Shown: one piece after another, positions 1-8,283 of the stretch
Numbering within the stretch: position 1 is the first letter of the stretch
How the letters are laid out: each line of letters opens with the position of its first letter
Source of the DNA: Formosa sp. Hel1_33_131
GTDB taxonomy: Bacteria; Bacteroidota; Bacteroidia; Flavobacteriales; Flavobacteriaceae
Length of the DNA stretch: 32,000 nucleotides
Assembly: GCF_001735745.1 (NCBI RefSeq)
Contig: NZ_CP017260.1
Location: forward strand, 2,250,001-2,282,000
Direction: 5' to 3'
The notes under the pieces: generated by a model
The model's database searches: none
What the model saw: the letters and a program-made list of their open reading frames with translations, nothing else
Told to the model about the DNA's origin: nothing
Program-made: the position numbers and the translations under genes

Positions 1-91
1 TTGCTATGCAGGAGATGAAATAAGAATCATACAATTTACTAATTAATAATCTTTAATAACAATAATAACAATAATAACAAATCTAAACATT

Positions 92-1053
92 ATGAGAACA
101 CAAAAACCAAACATTATGAAAAACAAATATTTAAAAGGGGGCATACTAGCCCTGATGATGATCGCAGGAACTGCGCTGCAAGCGCAGACGACTGCAACTA
201 CAGACGCAGGTCTTGTTAAAGGAGCTGGAGCAGGAGTGTCCGTCAAATTGATAGACAACAAGGGAACTTCAAATACCTACAAACTAACAATGGTATTACA
301 TCCATTACCTCTACTACAGCGGGTAGTGCAACTACAACTACTTGGCAATTAGGTGGTAGCTTAGTAGATGACACCTATATTGATGTATCTGGTAAAGTCT
401 TTGGTCTTGATAGGATTGAATTAGTTAATATTGCAACTTCTCAAGCTTCTACAAATGCCACAAATAAATCTGTTCATGGAGGAACAGGGTCAGGTTGGAC
501 ATTGCTTGTAAGAGATGAATCAACAGGAGATATTAAAAAGTTAAAAGCTACGGATTTGATTGTAAGTGGCTTTGTAGATTACACAGCTGATGCGACAGAT
601 GAAGGTAATGGATTTAAAGCGATAACGGCTACTGGAATTCCAGCAACAGCTACGGATAGAGCTAAAATATGGGTGTATCGCAATGGTGCTAAGTTAATTT
701 ACGGCGTGGACTTTACTGTTGCGGCTGATGAAGTTACCGTAACGGAAAAATCACCTACTACCGCTGGTAGTGCTGCAACTATATCGATTGCTGGTACTGC
801 TTTTACAGCAAATAATATTGTTCCTACAACAATTGTTGCTGGGACTAGTGTAATTGGAAGCATTGTCGATGGAACGGCGTCAACAAAAGCTACAGTTACT
901 GTAGATGGGTTTTCTTTCACGGCAAATGCCGTTGGAGTAACCACAATAGTAGCAGGAAGTACTATTACTGCTATAGTTGATGGAGTTGGAACATCGACGG
1001 ATGGTTGGCAATTATATACTGATGATATTTTTGAAATACAGTGGATTAAATAA
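92..1053 (+). pseudogene. Secreted fibre-like repeat protein with a broken reading frame (frame 2 ORF 92-352 continues in frame 1 to 1053)
   Basis: The likely true start is ATG 116, giving signal peptide MKNKYLKGGILALMMIAGTALQA|Q. Frame 2 encodes ...VSVKLIDNKGT, matching VVKVIDRKGT at the N-terminus of the next gene. Frame 1 is open from 220 and reads KYLQTNNGITSITSTTAGSATTTTWQLGG... on into the 502-1053 ORF, so a 1-nt shift lies at ~268-300. The C-terminal half has an internal repeat (FTANNIVPTTIVAGTSVIGSIVDG / FTANAVGVTTIVAGSTITAIVDG). Confidence 0.55.
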
Positions 1054-1072
1054 CCCCACACAACTATTTTCT

Positions 1073-1148
1073 ACAACTTAACACAAGTTGTTAATACAAT
1101 TTTTATATTATATCTCAGCTGCTTTTTATACCAAAAGGAGCAGTTGAG
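1073..1148 (+). terminator. Two hairpins between the small and giant fibre genes (possible terminator or attenuator)
   Basis: Hairpin A is acaactt (1073-1079) / aagttgt (1085-1091). Hairpin B is ctcagctgct (1114-1123) / agcagttgag (1139-1148) with one G-U pair, followed by tttatt. No clean U-run, so function is uncertain. Confidence 0.3.
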
Positions 1149-1235
1149 TTTATTAAGAGTTCTACATTTATTTAATACCACTCCCATTTTAAGGGAGAAT
1201 AGCAGATATCAACAGCCATTTTTAACTTATAAACT

Positions 1236-4200
1236 ATGAAAATTACCTTCACTCTAAACAAATCTAGACGCTATATCATCACACTTTTGGTGGTAGGTTT
1301 ATTGAGCTTTCAATCGCAGGCTCAAGTTGTTAAGGTCATTGACAGAAAAGGAACTATTACTGATGTCAACAATAATCAAGTAACCACATCGCTCGCTACT
1401 GCGAAGCCTACGAATCCAGTAATAGGAGATGTTTGGTTTGAAACTGATACATTGATATCTGAAATTTGGGATGGTACAAACTGGGTAAAAATAAATACAT
1501 GGCTTGGGTACAAAACTATCCATCATAACCACGCCACAATGCCTCTTGCCATCACACATGCACTTCATAACAATGCAGATATCCATATTGAAGGTGTGGC
1601 AGGGCTATCAATTACGAATACAGCTGTAAATGACGGCACAAACTTTTACATAACAAATACAACAGGGGCAGATAAAGCTTTATCTTTTGCAGGATTTACA
1701 GGAGCCTTTCTAAGGAATGGAGGTGCGGAAGCAGACCGATCTGTTTACGGTTTAACCCTAAAACCCAATACCCGTTATTTGTGCCATATTACAGAAAATT
1801 CAGGATTTTATTTTAACGCAACTGAGGCAGGGGGAAGTGGAGACATTGTGCCACTGTGGAAATCTGATACAAATGGAGGTGATTATGCTATAAACGATAT
1901 TATTAATTATGATGGTAATTTATACAAAAACCTCACGGGAGATAATTTTGATACCTTGCCAAATGCGGATGCCGCCAATTGGGAGGTTTTTGCAGGTGGT
2001 GTTTCTCCAACAGGTAATCCAAACTATTTACAAGCTGAAATTACAACTACTGGTGTCACACAAGGTAGTACTCTAGCTTTTACTGTAAATGAGTCAAGAG
2101 GATTATCTTATACAGGAAATGCTATTTCTCTTAAACAAGGGACAACCTATTTATTGAGAGGCGCTGTCAGTGGTTATTTTAATAGCTCAACTAATAATGA
2201 ATTGCGTTTGCAATGGGAAGATGCTAATGGTGTTAAAATTGGAGAATTGTCAAGACAAATGCCTGGAAGTGTTTACGAGAACTATGCAGAAACCCCTGAA
2301 GCAAGTGCTGTTTACACCCCTACCGCAGACATAGATGTCCATTTAGAGGTAGTTGTTGAAGGAAGTGAGTTCACAGCCCAAGGAAATTCTTTTGGTTATC
2401 TACAAGTTATCGAATTATCTCGTGGTGGTGGAACAGGAATAGCCCTTTACGATGTGAATACTGATTACAGTACAGGGGATTCAGTAATTAAAGACGAGAA
2501 AATCTATATAGCAAATGGAAATATTCCAAGTGGTACTCTATTTGCCACAGGAACAGCAGGAGCCACTTGGAAAGAAATTTATGAAGACGCTAATAGACAA
2601 ACATACGATACACCAACCGCAGTATTTTCTGAGACAATAAGCAGTCAATTAAGAGGTTTTGGTGATTACTGGACGCTTAGTGCACAAGTAGTTGATGACC
2701 CAACAAACCATCTTGGACATGATGGAACATATCCAGTTGTTAATGTAGCAGGGAAATATCGTATTACATTTTCTGGTAATGTATATCACCATGGGACATA
2801 TCACTGGATGAGTTTAGCAATAAGAAGAGGCGGGGTATGGCAAAATATTACTAAAGCTGACGGAGGTAATTCTCAATATGTTCCTGGTTCAGCTGTGCAT
2901 GCCAATTTCCTTATTGACGGTGTTGTAGATTTGCAAGTAGGTGACCAATTGGGTTATCGCTATGACTCTGATGGTAATCACTATCTTTTAAATGCCAATA
3001 CTAACAATATGATTGTTAGCAAATTAAGTTATGGTATTGGTAATATCAGAATTTATGATTTGGCAGATACTTACCAAATAGGTAATGTTGTAATTAAAGA
3101 CACTAAACTGTATCAAGCCAATGATGCTATTCCTGCAACTACTGCTTTTGTAATCGGAACAACAGGAGCTACTTGGACAGAAATATCGGCCGATGTTTCT
3201 GCGGTACGAGAATGGGTAAACAATACAAACGGAGGGATTTATGCAATAAATGATCTTGTTTCTTACAGTGGAGTGATTTACAGAAACCTCTTAGGATCAA
3301 ACCTCGACACAATCCCAAGCTCAGACACTACAAACTGGGCACAAACAAATTCATATCTTGGTAATCAAACAGTACATCATAATGCTGTTACTACACTTGC
3401 CATAAAACACGCAGACCACAATAACGCAGATATTCATGTAGAAAATACGGGAGATTTGTCTATAGCAAAAGTAGATGTAAACGACGGAACAAACTTTTAT
3501 ATAACTAATACATCAGGAATGGACCGACTGTTAACATTCGCCTCTTTTACAGGAGCCTTTCTAAGGAATGGTGGGGCAGAGGCAGATGTGAAAACAGGAG
3601 GCTTAACATTAAAATCTAATACTAGATACCTCGCTCATGTTACAGACAACTCAGGGAGCTTCTATTTCAATGCGACTGAGGCAGGGGGAAGTGGAGACAT
3701 TGTGCCACTGTGGAAATCTGACACAAATGGAGGATTATACAGTACCAATGATATTGTAAATTACAACGGGGTTTTATACAAAAATCTTACAGGAATGAAT
3801 CTTGACACAATCCCAAGCTCAGACACTACAAACTGGGCACAAACAGATTCATATCTTGGTAATAAAACAATCCATTATAATACATTAAGTTTATCAGCCA
3901 ATCCAACAAAAGAAACATTATCTAGTATAGTTTCAGTAACTTCTACAAATGCTACTTTTGTTTATGATGGGGTAGGAGCTACAATAACTACTAATTCATC
4001 ATATTCTGGGTCTTATGATATTGAAGATGCTCTTACAGGAAACGACCATGCCACAGCTGGGCAAGGTACAGAAACTATTACCATAACTTTTGATAGCGAT
4101 GTTAAATTCTCTAAAATGAGAGGGAACGGTCGTCCAATCGAGTACTACAAAGATCTCTCTATGACAGTGTATGACGCTGGTAATAATTCTTTGGCGACTG

Positions 4201-6698
4201 CTGTAGATACCACCACAACAGGTTCAGAATATTTTGACCTCGTAGTTACTCCTCAGGTAATAAGAAAGATAATTTTAACAGCCACAGATAGGGTAAGTAC
4301 TAATCCAGGGGTAAATAACATAGAACTTTTTGGAGCGACGACAAATGATTTAGATATAACTCATGTATTACACAATAACGCAGATATCCATATTGAAAGC
4401 ATAGGGGATTTATCGATTACTAATACAGATGTAAACGACGGAACAAATTTTTACATAACAAATACAACAGGGGCAGATAGAACTTTATCTTTTGTAGGAT
4501 TTACAGGAGCCTTTCTAAGGAATGGTGGGGCAGAGGCAGATGTGAAAACAGGAGGCTTAACATTAAAATCTAATACGAGATACCTCGCTCATGTCACAGA
4601 CAATGCAGGGAGCTTCTATTTCAATGCGACTGAGGCTAGGGGAAGTGGAGTCATTGTGCCATTATGGAAATCTGACACAAATGGAGGATTATACAGTACC
4701 AATGATATTGTAAATTACAACGGGGTTTTATACAAAAATCTTACAGGAATGAATCTTGACACAATCCCAAGCTCAGACACTACAAACTGGGCACAAACAA
4801 ATTCATATCTTGGTAATCAAACAGTACATCATAATGCTGTTACTACACTTGCCATAAAACACGCAGACCACAATAACGCAGATATTCATGTAGAAAATAC
4901 GGGAGATTTGTCTATAGCAAAAGTAGATGTAAACGACGGAACAAACTTTTATATAACTAATACATCAGGAATGGACCGACTGTTAACATTCACCTCTTTT
5001 ACAGGAGCCTTTCTAAGGAATGGTGGGGCAGAGGCAGATGTGAAAACAGGAGGCTTAACATTAAAATCTAATACTAGATACCTCGCTCACATTACAGACA
5101 ATGCAGGGAGCTTCTATTTCAATGCGACTGAGGCTAGGGGAAGTGGAGTCATTGTGCCATTATGGAAATCTGATACCAACGGAGGATCATATGCTATCGA
5201 CGACATTATTAACTACAGTGGAGTTTTGTACAAAAATCTTACAGGTATAAACTTAGATACATTACCAAATGCAGATACAACAAATTGGAAACCAACAGTT
5301 ATTGATGAAAATGACGGAATATCAGCTAAGGACTTACTTGTTTTAGATGGAAATGGGTTAGCTATTGGGGGAGTGATTACTACTGATGGAGCACACACAG
5401 TCCATACTTTTACAACAAGTGGTACATTTGTACCAAACGGGAATACGAACATTGAATACCTTATTGTTGGAGGTGGCGGTTCTGCGGGTATTAGTGGTGG
5501 ATTCTCTCCTTCTGGTGGAGGTGGAGGTGGAGGAGTTCTCACAAACACAACCACAATAGCAAACGCCAACACACCAATTGTAGTAGGACAAGGTGGAGTC
5601 CCTGTTTTTACTGGTGTATTTAGTACATCTAGTGCTACAAACGGAGGGGACAGTTCCCTAGGAGGAATTACAGCTACTGGAGGTGGAGCTGGAGGTTCTA
5701 GTCATGTGGTTAACACAATAGGAGGTGTTGCAGCACCCATTTATGGAGCAGGACTAAATGGTGGTTCTGGTGGGGGCGGTGGTAGAGCTAACACAAATAC
5801 AGCAGGTGGTCAGCCCACAGCAGGTCAAGGTAATACAGGTGGACAAGGAGCAAATCCCAACTCTGGAGGTGGAGGTGGAGCTTCAGCAGCTGGAGCAGAT
5901 GCAGCAGGAAACACACCAGGTGCAGGTGGAGAGGGATTGTCTTCAAGTATTTCAGGAACATCTCAAGTGTATGGTTCTGGTGGTGGTGGAGCTCATAGGA
6001 GTTTTTTAACGCTAGTCCCTGGAGGAACTAACGCAGGTAATGGTGGATTACCTGGAGGATTGGGAGGAAATGGAATAGATGGATTTGGTGGTGGAGCAGG
6101 TGGAACAGGTAATGCAGGTTCAAGCATAATAACTGGTGCAAACGGCGGAAGTGGTGTTGTAATTATTCGATACTTAACAGATAATGTAACAACTGTACTA
6201 GCAACCAATAACGGAAATGTAGGAATAGGAACGGATACTCCAACCCACCTCCTTTCAGTTAATGGGAATGCTTCCAAGGTAGGAGGAGGGTCATGGGCTA
6301 CATTTTCAGATGAACGCGTAAAAGAAAACATTCGTTCTTATGGTAAAGGACTTGCCGAAATTCTAAAAATAAATCCGATTATCTTTAACTATAATGCAAA
6401 ATCAGGATATACAGGGGAATTTTTGAAGAAAGACTATGTAGGTATCACCGCACAAGAAATTGCCAAAATACTTCCAGAGACAGTGACAGAATTCGATGAT
6501 TCCAATGGGCCAAGTGGATTTGCTGACAAAAGACAATTTGATAGTTCTGAAATCTTATGGACTGTTATCAATGCCATACAAGAACAACAAGCACAGCTAA
6601 AAGCGAAAGAAAAAGCAATAGAGGACTTAAAAGCAAGTAATGAAGCTCTAAAAATTAGAATGGTTAAAATTGAAAAAGCATTAGGGGTTAAGGAATAA
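1236..6698 (+). CDS. Giant secreted tail-fibre-like protein (1820 aa): 4 repeated modules, jelly-roll-like domains, F5/8-type-C-like insert, glycine-rich domain, C-terminal peptidase-S74 intramolecular chaperone domain
   Basis: A single uninterrupted 5.46-kb ORF. N-terminal signal peptide ...LLSFQSQA|QVV. Four ~160-aa modules each end in a W..Y..D.V.Y.G..Y.N......P......W motif (CBM5/12-like, as in phage fibres). Gly-rich block HTFTTSGTF...VGGGGSAG...GSGVVIIRY. The C-terminus carries NVGIGT...SDERVKENI...ITAQE plus a coiled coil, the hallmark of tail-spike/endosialidase auto-cleaving chaperone domains. Confidence 0.85.
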   Translation: MKITFTLNKSRRYIITLLVVGLLSFQSQAQVVKVIDRKGTITDVNNNQVTTSLATAKPTNPVIGDVWFETDTLISEIWDGTNWVKINTWLGYKTIHHNHATMPLAITHALHNNADIHIEGVAGLSITNTAVNDGTNFYITNTTGADKALSFAGFTGAFLRNGGAEADRSVYGLTLKPNTRYLCHITENSGFYFNATEAGGSGDIVPLWKSDTNGGDYAINDIINYDGNLYKNLTGDNFDTLPNADAANWEVFAGGVSPTGNPNYLQAEITTTGVTQGSTLAFTVNESRGLSYTGNAISLKQGTTYLLRGAVSGYFNSSTNNELRLQWEDANGVKIGELSRQMPGSVYENYAETPEASAVYTPTADIDVHLEVVVEGSEFTAQGNSFGYLQVIELSRGGGTGIALYDVNTDYSTGDSVIKDEKIYIANGNIPSGTLFATGTAGATWKEIYEDANRQTYDTPTAVFSETISSQLRGFGDYWTLSAQVVDDPTNHLGHDGTYPVVNVAGKYRITFSGNVYHHGTYHWMSLAIRRGGVWQNITKADGGNSQYVPGSAVHANFLIDGVVDLQVGDQLGYRYDSDGNHYLLNANTNNMIVSKLSYGIGNIRIYDLADTYQIGNVVIKDTKLYQANDAIPATTAFVIGTTGATWTEISADVSAVREWVNNTNGGIYAINDLVSYSGVIYRNLLGSNLDTIPSSDTTNWAQTNSYLGNQTVHHNAVTTLAIKHADHNNADIHVENTGDLSIAKVDVNDGTNFYITNTSGMDRLLTFASFTGAFLRNGGAEADVKTGGLTLKSNTRYLAHVTDNSGSFYFNATEAGGSGDIVPLWKSDTNGGLYSTNDIVNYNGVLYKNLTGMNLDTIPSSDTTNWAQTDSYLGNKTIHYNTLSLSANPTKETLSSIVSVTSTNATFVYDGVGATITTNSSYSGSYDIEDALTGNDHATAGQGTETITITFDSDVKFSKMRGNGRPIEYYKDLSMTVYDAGNNSLATAVDTTTTGSEYFDLVVTPQVIRKIILTATDRVSTNPGVNNIELFGATTNDLDITHVLHNNADIHIESIGDLSITNTDVNDGTNFYITNTTGADRTLSFVGFTGAFLRNGGAEADVKTGGLTLKSNTRYLAHVTDNAGSFYFNATEARGSGVIVPLWKSDTNGGLYSTNDIVNYNGVLYKNLTGMNLDTIPSSDTTNWAQTNSYLGNQTVHHNAVTTLAIKHADHNNADIHVENTGDLSIAKVDVNDGTNFYITNTSGMDRLLTFTSFTGAFLRNGGAEADVKTGGLTLKSNTRYLAHITDNAGSFYFNATEARGSGVIVPLWKSDTNGGSYAIDDIINYSGVLYKNLTGINLDTLPNADTTNWKPTVIDENDGISAKDLLVLDGNGLAIGGVITTDGAHTVHTFTTSGTFVPNGNTNIEYLIVGGGGSAGISGGFSPSGGGGGGGVLTNTTTIANANTPIVVGQGGVPVFTGVFSTSSATNGGDSSLGGITATGGGAGGSSHVVNTIGGVAAPIYGAGLNGGSGGGGGRANTNTAGGQPTAGQGNTGGQGANPNSGGGGGASAAGADAAGNTPGAGGEGLSSSISGTSQVYGSGGGGAHRSFLTLVPGGTNAGNGGLPGGLGGNGIDGFGGGAGGTGNAGSSIITGANGGSGVVIIRYLTDNVTTVLATNNGNVGIGTDTPTHLLSVNGNASKVGGGSWATFSDERVKENIRSYGKGLAEILKINPIIFNYNAKSGYTGEFLKKDYVGITAQEIAKILPETVTEFDDSNGPSGFADKRQFDSSEILWTVINAIQEQQAQLKAKEKAIEDLKASNEALKIRMVKIEKALGVKE
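1500..1987 (+). repeat. Intragenic module M1 (most diverged copy)
   Basis: WLGYKTIHHN...NNADIHIEG...DGTNFYITNTTGAD...FTGAFLRNGGAEAD...FNATEAGGSGDIVPLWKSDTNGG.YAINDIINYDGNLYKNLTG...NADAANWEV. Its 5' part resembles M3. Its 3' end resembles M4 (YAI.DIINY..LYKNLTG.N.DTLPNAD..NW). Confidence 0.85.
3351..3848 (+). repeat. Intragenic module M2 (mosaic: 5' two-thirds matches M4, 3' third matches M3)
   Basis: 3306-3539 is identical to 4758-4991 (234 nt). 3541-3637 is identical to 4993-5089. 3711-3845 is identical to 4665-4799 (135 nt). Offsets are 1452 nt (to M4) and 954 nt (to M3), both multiples of 3. Confidence 0.9.
3880..4335 (+). other. Unique insert between M2 and M3, galactose-binding/F5-8-type-C-like domain candidate
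   Basis: The ~150-aa segment ...FVYDGVGATITTNSSYSGSYDIEDALTGNDHATAGQG...ITFDSDVKFSKMRGNG...VNNIELFGA is present once only. The composition and the NNIELFG ending resemble discoidin-type carbohydrate-binding modules. This is a weak by-eye assignment. Confidence 0.35.
4347..4802 (+). repeat. Intragenic module M3
   Basis: DLDITHVLHNNADIHIES...ITNTTGADRTLSF.... The DNA from 4501 on aligns to M2 (3547 onward) with few mismatches. The central patch ~4600-4664 is identical to M4 ~5098-5163. Confidence 0.9.
4803..5291 (+). repeat. Intragenic module M4
   Basis: SYLGNQTVHHNAVTTLAIKHADHNNADIHVENTGDLSIAKVDV... is identical at protein and almost identical at DNA level to M2 until ~5172. It then switches to an M1-like tail. 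Confidence 0.9.
6306..6698 (+). other. Peptidase-S74-type intramolecular chaperone (auto-cleaving) domain of the giant protein
   Basis: Ser codon at 6306-6308 and Lys codon at 6321-6323 within S-D-E-R-V-K, the Ser-x4-Lys spacing of the endosialidase/tail-spike chaperone catalytic dyad. A terminal heptad-like helix follows (QEQQAQLKAKEKAIEDLKASNEALKIRMVKIEKAL). Confidence 0.7.
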
Positions 6699-6829
6699 CG
6701 ATAGCCTACAATTTAACATAAATAAATATAAACTATGATGAGAGTATAAGAATCAAGAACTTAGAATAGTTTGTAATAATTAATTAGAGAAATTTAAAAT
6801 TAAAAAAGTAAGTAGTATAGTTTGTTTTT

Positions 6830-7221
6830 GGCTCTATGTTGTTTGTAATGGGTAATCAAATTTGAGTTTACCGCAAATGAAGTAAATCATATTGATAAAA
6901 TTATTTATATTTCTATACCCTAGCTCTTTTTTTAGCAAGTTGAATTTTAGAATTTAAGTCCTCTAGTATTCCATTATTAATTTTACTTTCAATGTAATTT
7001 ATAATACCACTCCAATGTACTTTTATTGTCTTTACAGCCTTTTGAAAAGGGGAAATGCCACTGTCATCAGCTCTATCGCACCAGAAGGCTAAATAACCTT
7101 CAGCTTGTTTGTCCTCTATGTCCCAAAAGTCTTTAAAAAGGTATTTAAATCTATAACCTTCGCCTAATTTGGGATACATTTCTAGTAGTAAATCCCTTTT
7201 TTCTTTGATTTTAGGAGTTAA
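6830..7221 (-). mobile_element. ISL3-family insertion sequence remnant (C-terminal ~100 codons of the transposase plus a putative terminal inverted repeat)
   Basis: The minus-strand frame is open 7221..6913 and reads LTPKIKEKRDLLLEMYPKLGEGYRFKYLFKDFWD...AEGYLAFWCDRADDSGISPFQKAVKTIKVHWSGIINYIESKINNGILEDLNSKIQLAKKRA. This matches the conserved ISL3 transposase C-terminus (..W...I.NY.ES..TNG..EG.N.KIK..KR.A). GGCTCT... at 6830 resembles ISL3 terminal repeats. There is no N-terminal part and no start context. Confidence 0.6.
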
Positions 7222-7228
7222 TTAATTT

Positions 7229-7555
7229 TTGTTAGTTAATACCTTAAAATTGGAGAGTATTTCAGCAGCAGGTAGTGTAGGCTTCTTATTGATATTTACG
7301 GTTGTAAACGACACAGGATTTAAACTCTCTAAAGAAATTGGTGGTAAAAAAAGCATCCCTTTGCTTGGAGCAATTTTTTATTTTATAGCAAAGGTTGCAT
7401 TGCTTGTTCAGCATTATTCAGTAAGTAAATCTGATGTATTTATAGCAATCGGAATTATTGGATTCTGTTTTGTAATATATATACAAAAACAGAACATAAA
7501 AATAAATAAGACTTTTAAAGCCAGTTTAGCAATCTTGCTTCTTAAATCTAATTAG
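7229..7555 (+). pseudogene. C-terminal fragment of a membrane permease (APC/amino-acid-permease-like), 5'-truncated at the IS remnant
   Basis: It begins with TTG immediately (7 nt) after the truncated transposase frame. The sequence LESISAAGSVGFLLIFTVVN...IPLLGAI plus two further hydrophobic helices looks like the last 3 TM segments of a transporter. 108 aa is too short to be a complete permease. Confidence 0.4.
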
Positions 7556-7641
7556 AGCCTTATAAATTTGACATCATTTAGTCTTTAGTCTATCTTTACT
7601 TTTTTTAAAAGAGGAGAGTTTTCTTCAACGCACTTACAACT

Positions 7642-8283
7642 TTGAAAGATACATTTAAACACAAAGGACTTCGGAAACAATTGGTTGCAACGTTAATCGC
7701 TAAGGGAATTAAAAATCCTGCAGTTTTAGATGCCATTGACTCTATACCCCGACATCTTTTTATGGATTCTAGTTTTTTAGACCATGCGTATCAAGACAAG
7801 GCGTTTCCCATTGCAGCCAGTCAAACTATCTCACAACCCTACACCGTCGCATTTCAATCGGAGTTGTTAGAAGTTAAGTCTGGAGATAAGATCCTCGAAA
7901 TTGGTACGGGTAGCGGCTATCAAACAGCCGTACTGTGTTTGTTGGGAGCCCAAGTCTATAGTATTGAACGCCAGTTAGAATTGTTTAAAAAAACCAGTCA
8001 ATTTTTACCAAAAATCGGCTATGTGGCTAAACGCTTAATTTTTGGAGACGGCTATAAAGGACTGAAAGAAGAAGCTCCTTTTGACAGTATTATAGTCACT
8101 GCCGGCGCACCTTTTGTCCCGAAACCATTACTATCGCAACTAAAAATAGGAGGACGTTTGGTCATTCCTGTCGGAGACAAAGATCAAATAATGACCCTCT
8201 ACATTCGGAAAGGAACCAAAGAATTTGAAAAACACGAATTAGGAAACTTTAAGTTTGTACCGCTTTTAGAAAATAAAAACTAG
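7642..8283 (+). CDS. pcm: Protein-L-isoaspartate O-methyltransferase
   Basis: TISQPYTVAFQSELLEV and the SAM-binding motif ILEIGTGSGYQTAVL. 213 aa. TTG start per the ORF track. Confidence 0.9.
   Translation: MKDTFKHKGLRKQLVATLIAKGIKNPAVLDAIDSIPRHLFMDSSFLDHAYQDKAFPIAASQTISQPYTVAFQSELLEVKSGDKILEIGTGSGYQTAVLCLLGAQVYSIERQLELFKKTSQFLPKIGYVAKRLIFGDGYKGLKEEAPFDSIIVTAGAPFVPKPLLSQLKIGGRLVIPVGDKDQIMTLYIRKGTKEFEKHELGNFKFVPLLENKN

Noticed and set aside
43-1061. Minus-strand ORFs 43-261 and 699-1061
   Set aside because: They are antisense to the fibre-like gene and its upstream AT-rich leader. Their repetitive Thr/Val/Ala translation mirrors the plus-strand repeat, and there is no independent support.
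3306-5172. Diversity-generating retroelement (template/variable repeat) explanation for the near-identical modules
   Set aside because: Mismatches between copies are not restricted to adenine positions (e.g. g/a, t/c, ct/tg, a/t). There is also no reverse transcriptase gene in the window.
5213-6331. Minus-strand Pro-rich ORFs (5213-5572, 5358-5591, 5993-6331) and the alternative-frame ORF 5758-6009 inside the giant gene
   Set aside because: They are mirror images of the GGN-rich glycine domain: reverse-complemented Gly codons read as Pro. They have no independent start context, and the plus-strand frame is continuous and carries recognisable domains on both sides.
1-6698. Calling the left region a prophage because of the tail-fibre-like gene
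   Set aside because: No capsid, portal, terminase, baseplate or lysis genes are visible. Both fibre-like proteins carry Sec signal peptides. However, sequence left of position 1 is not visible, so a prophage is not excluded, only unsupported.
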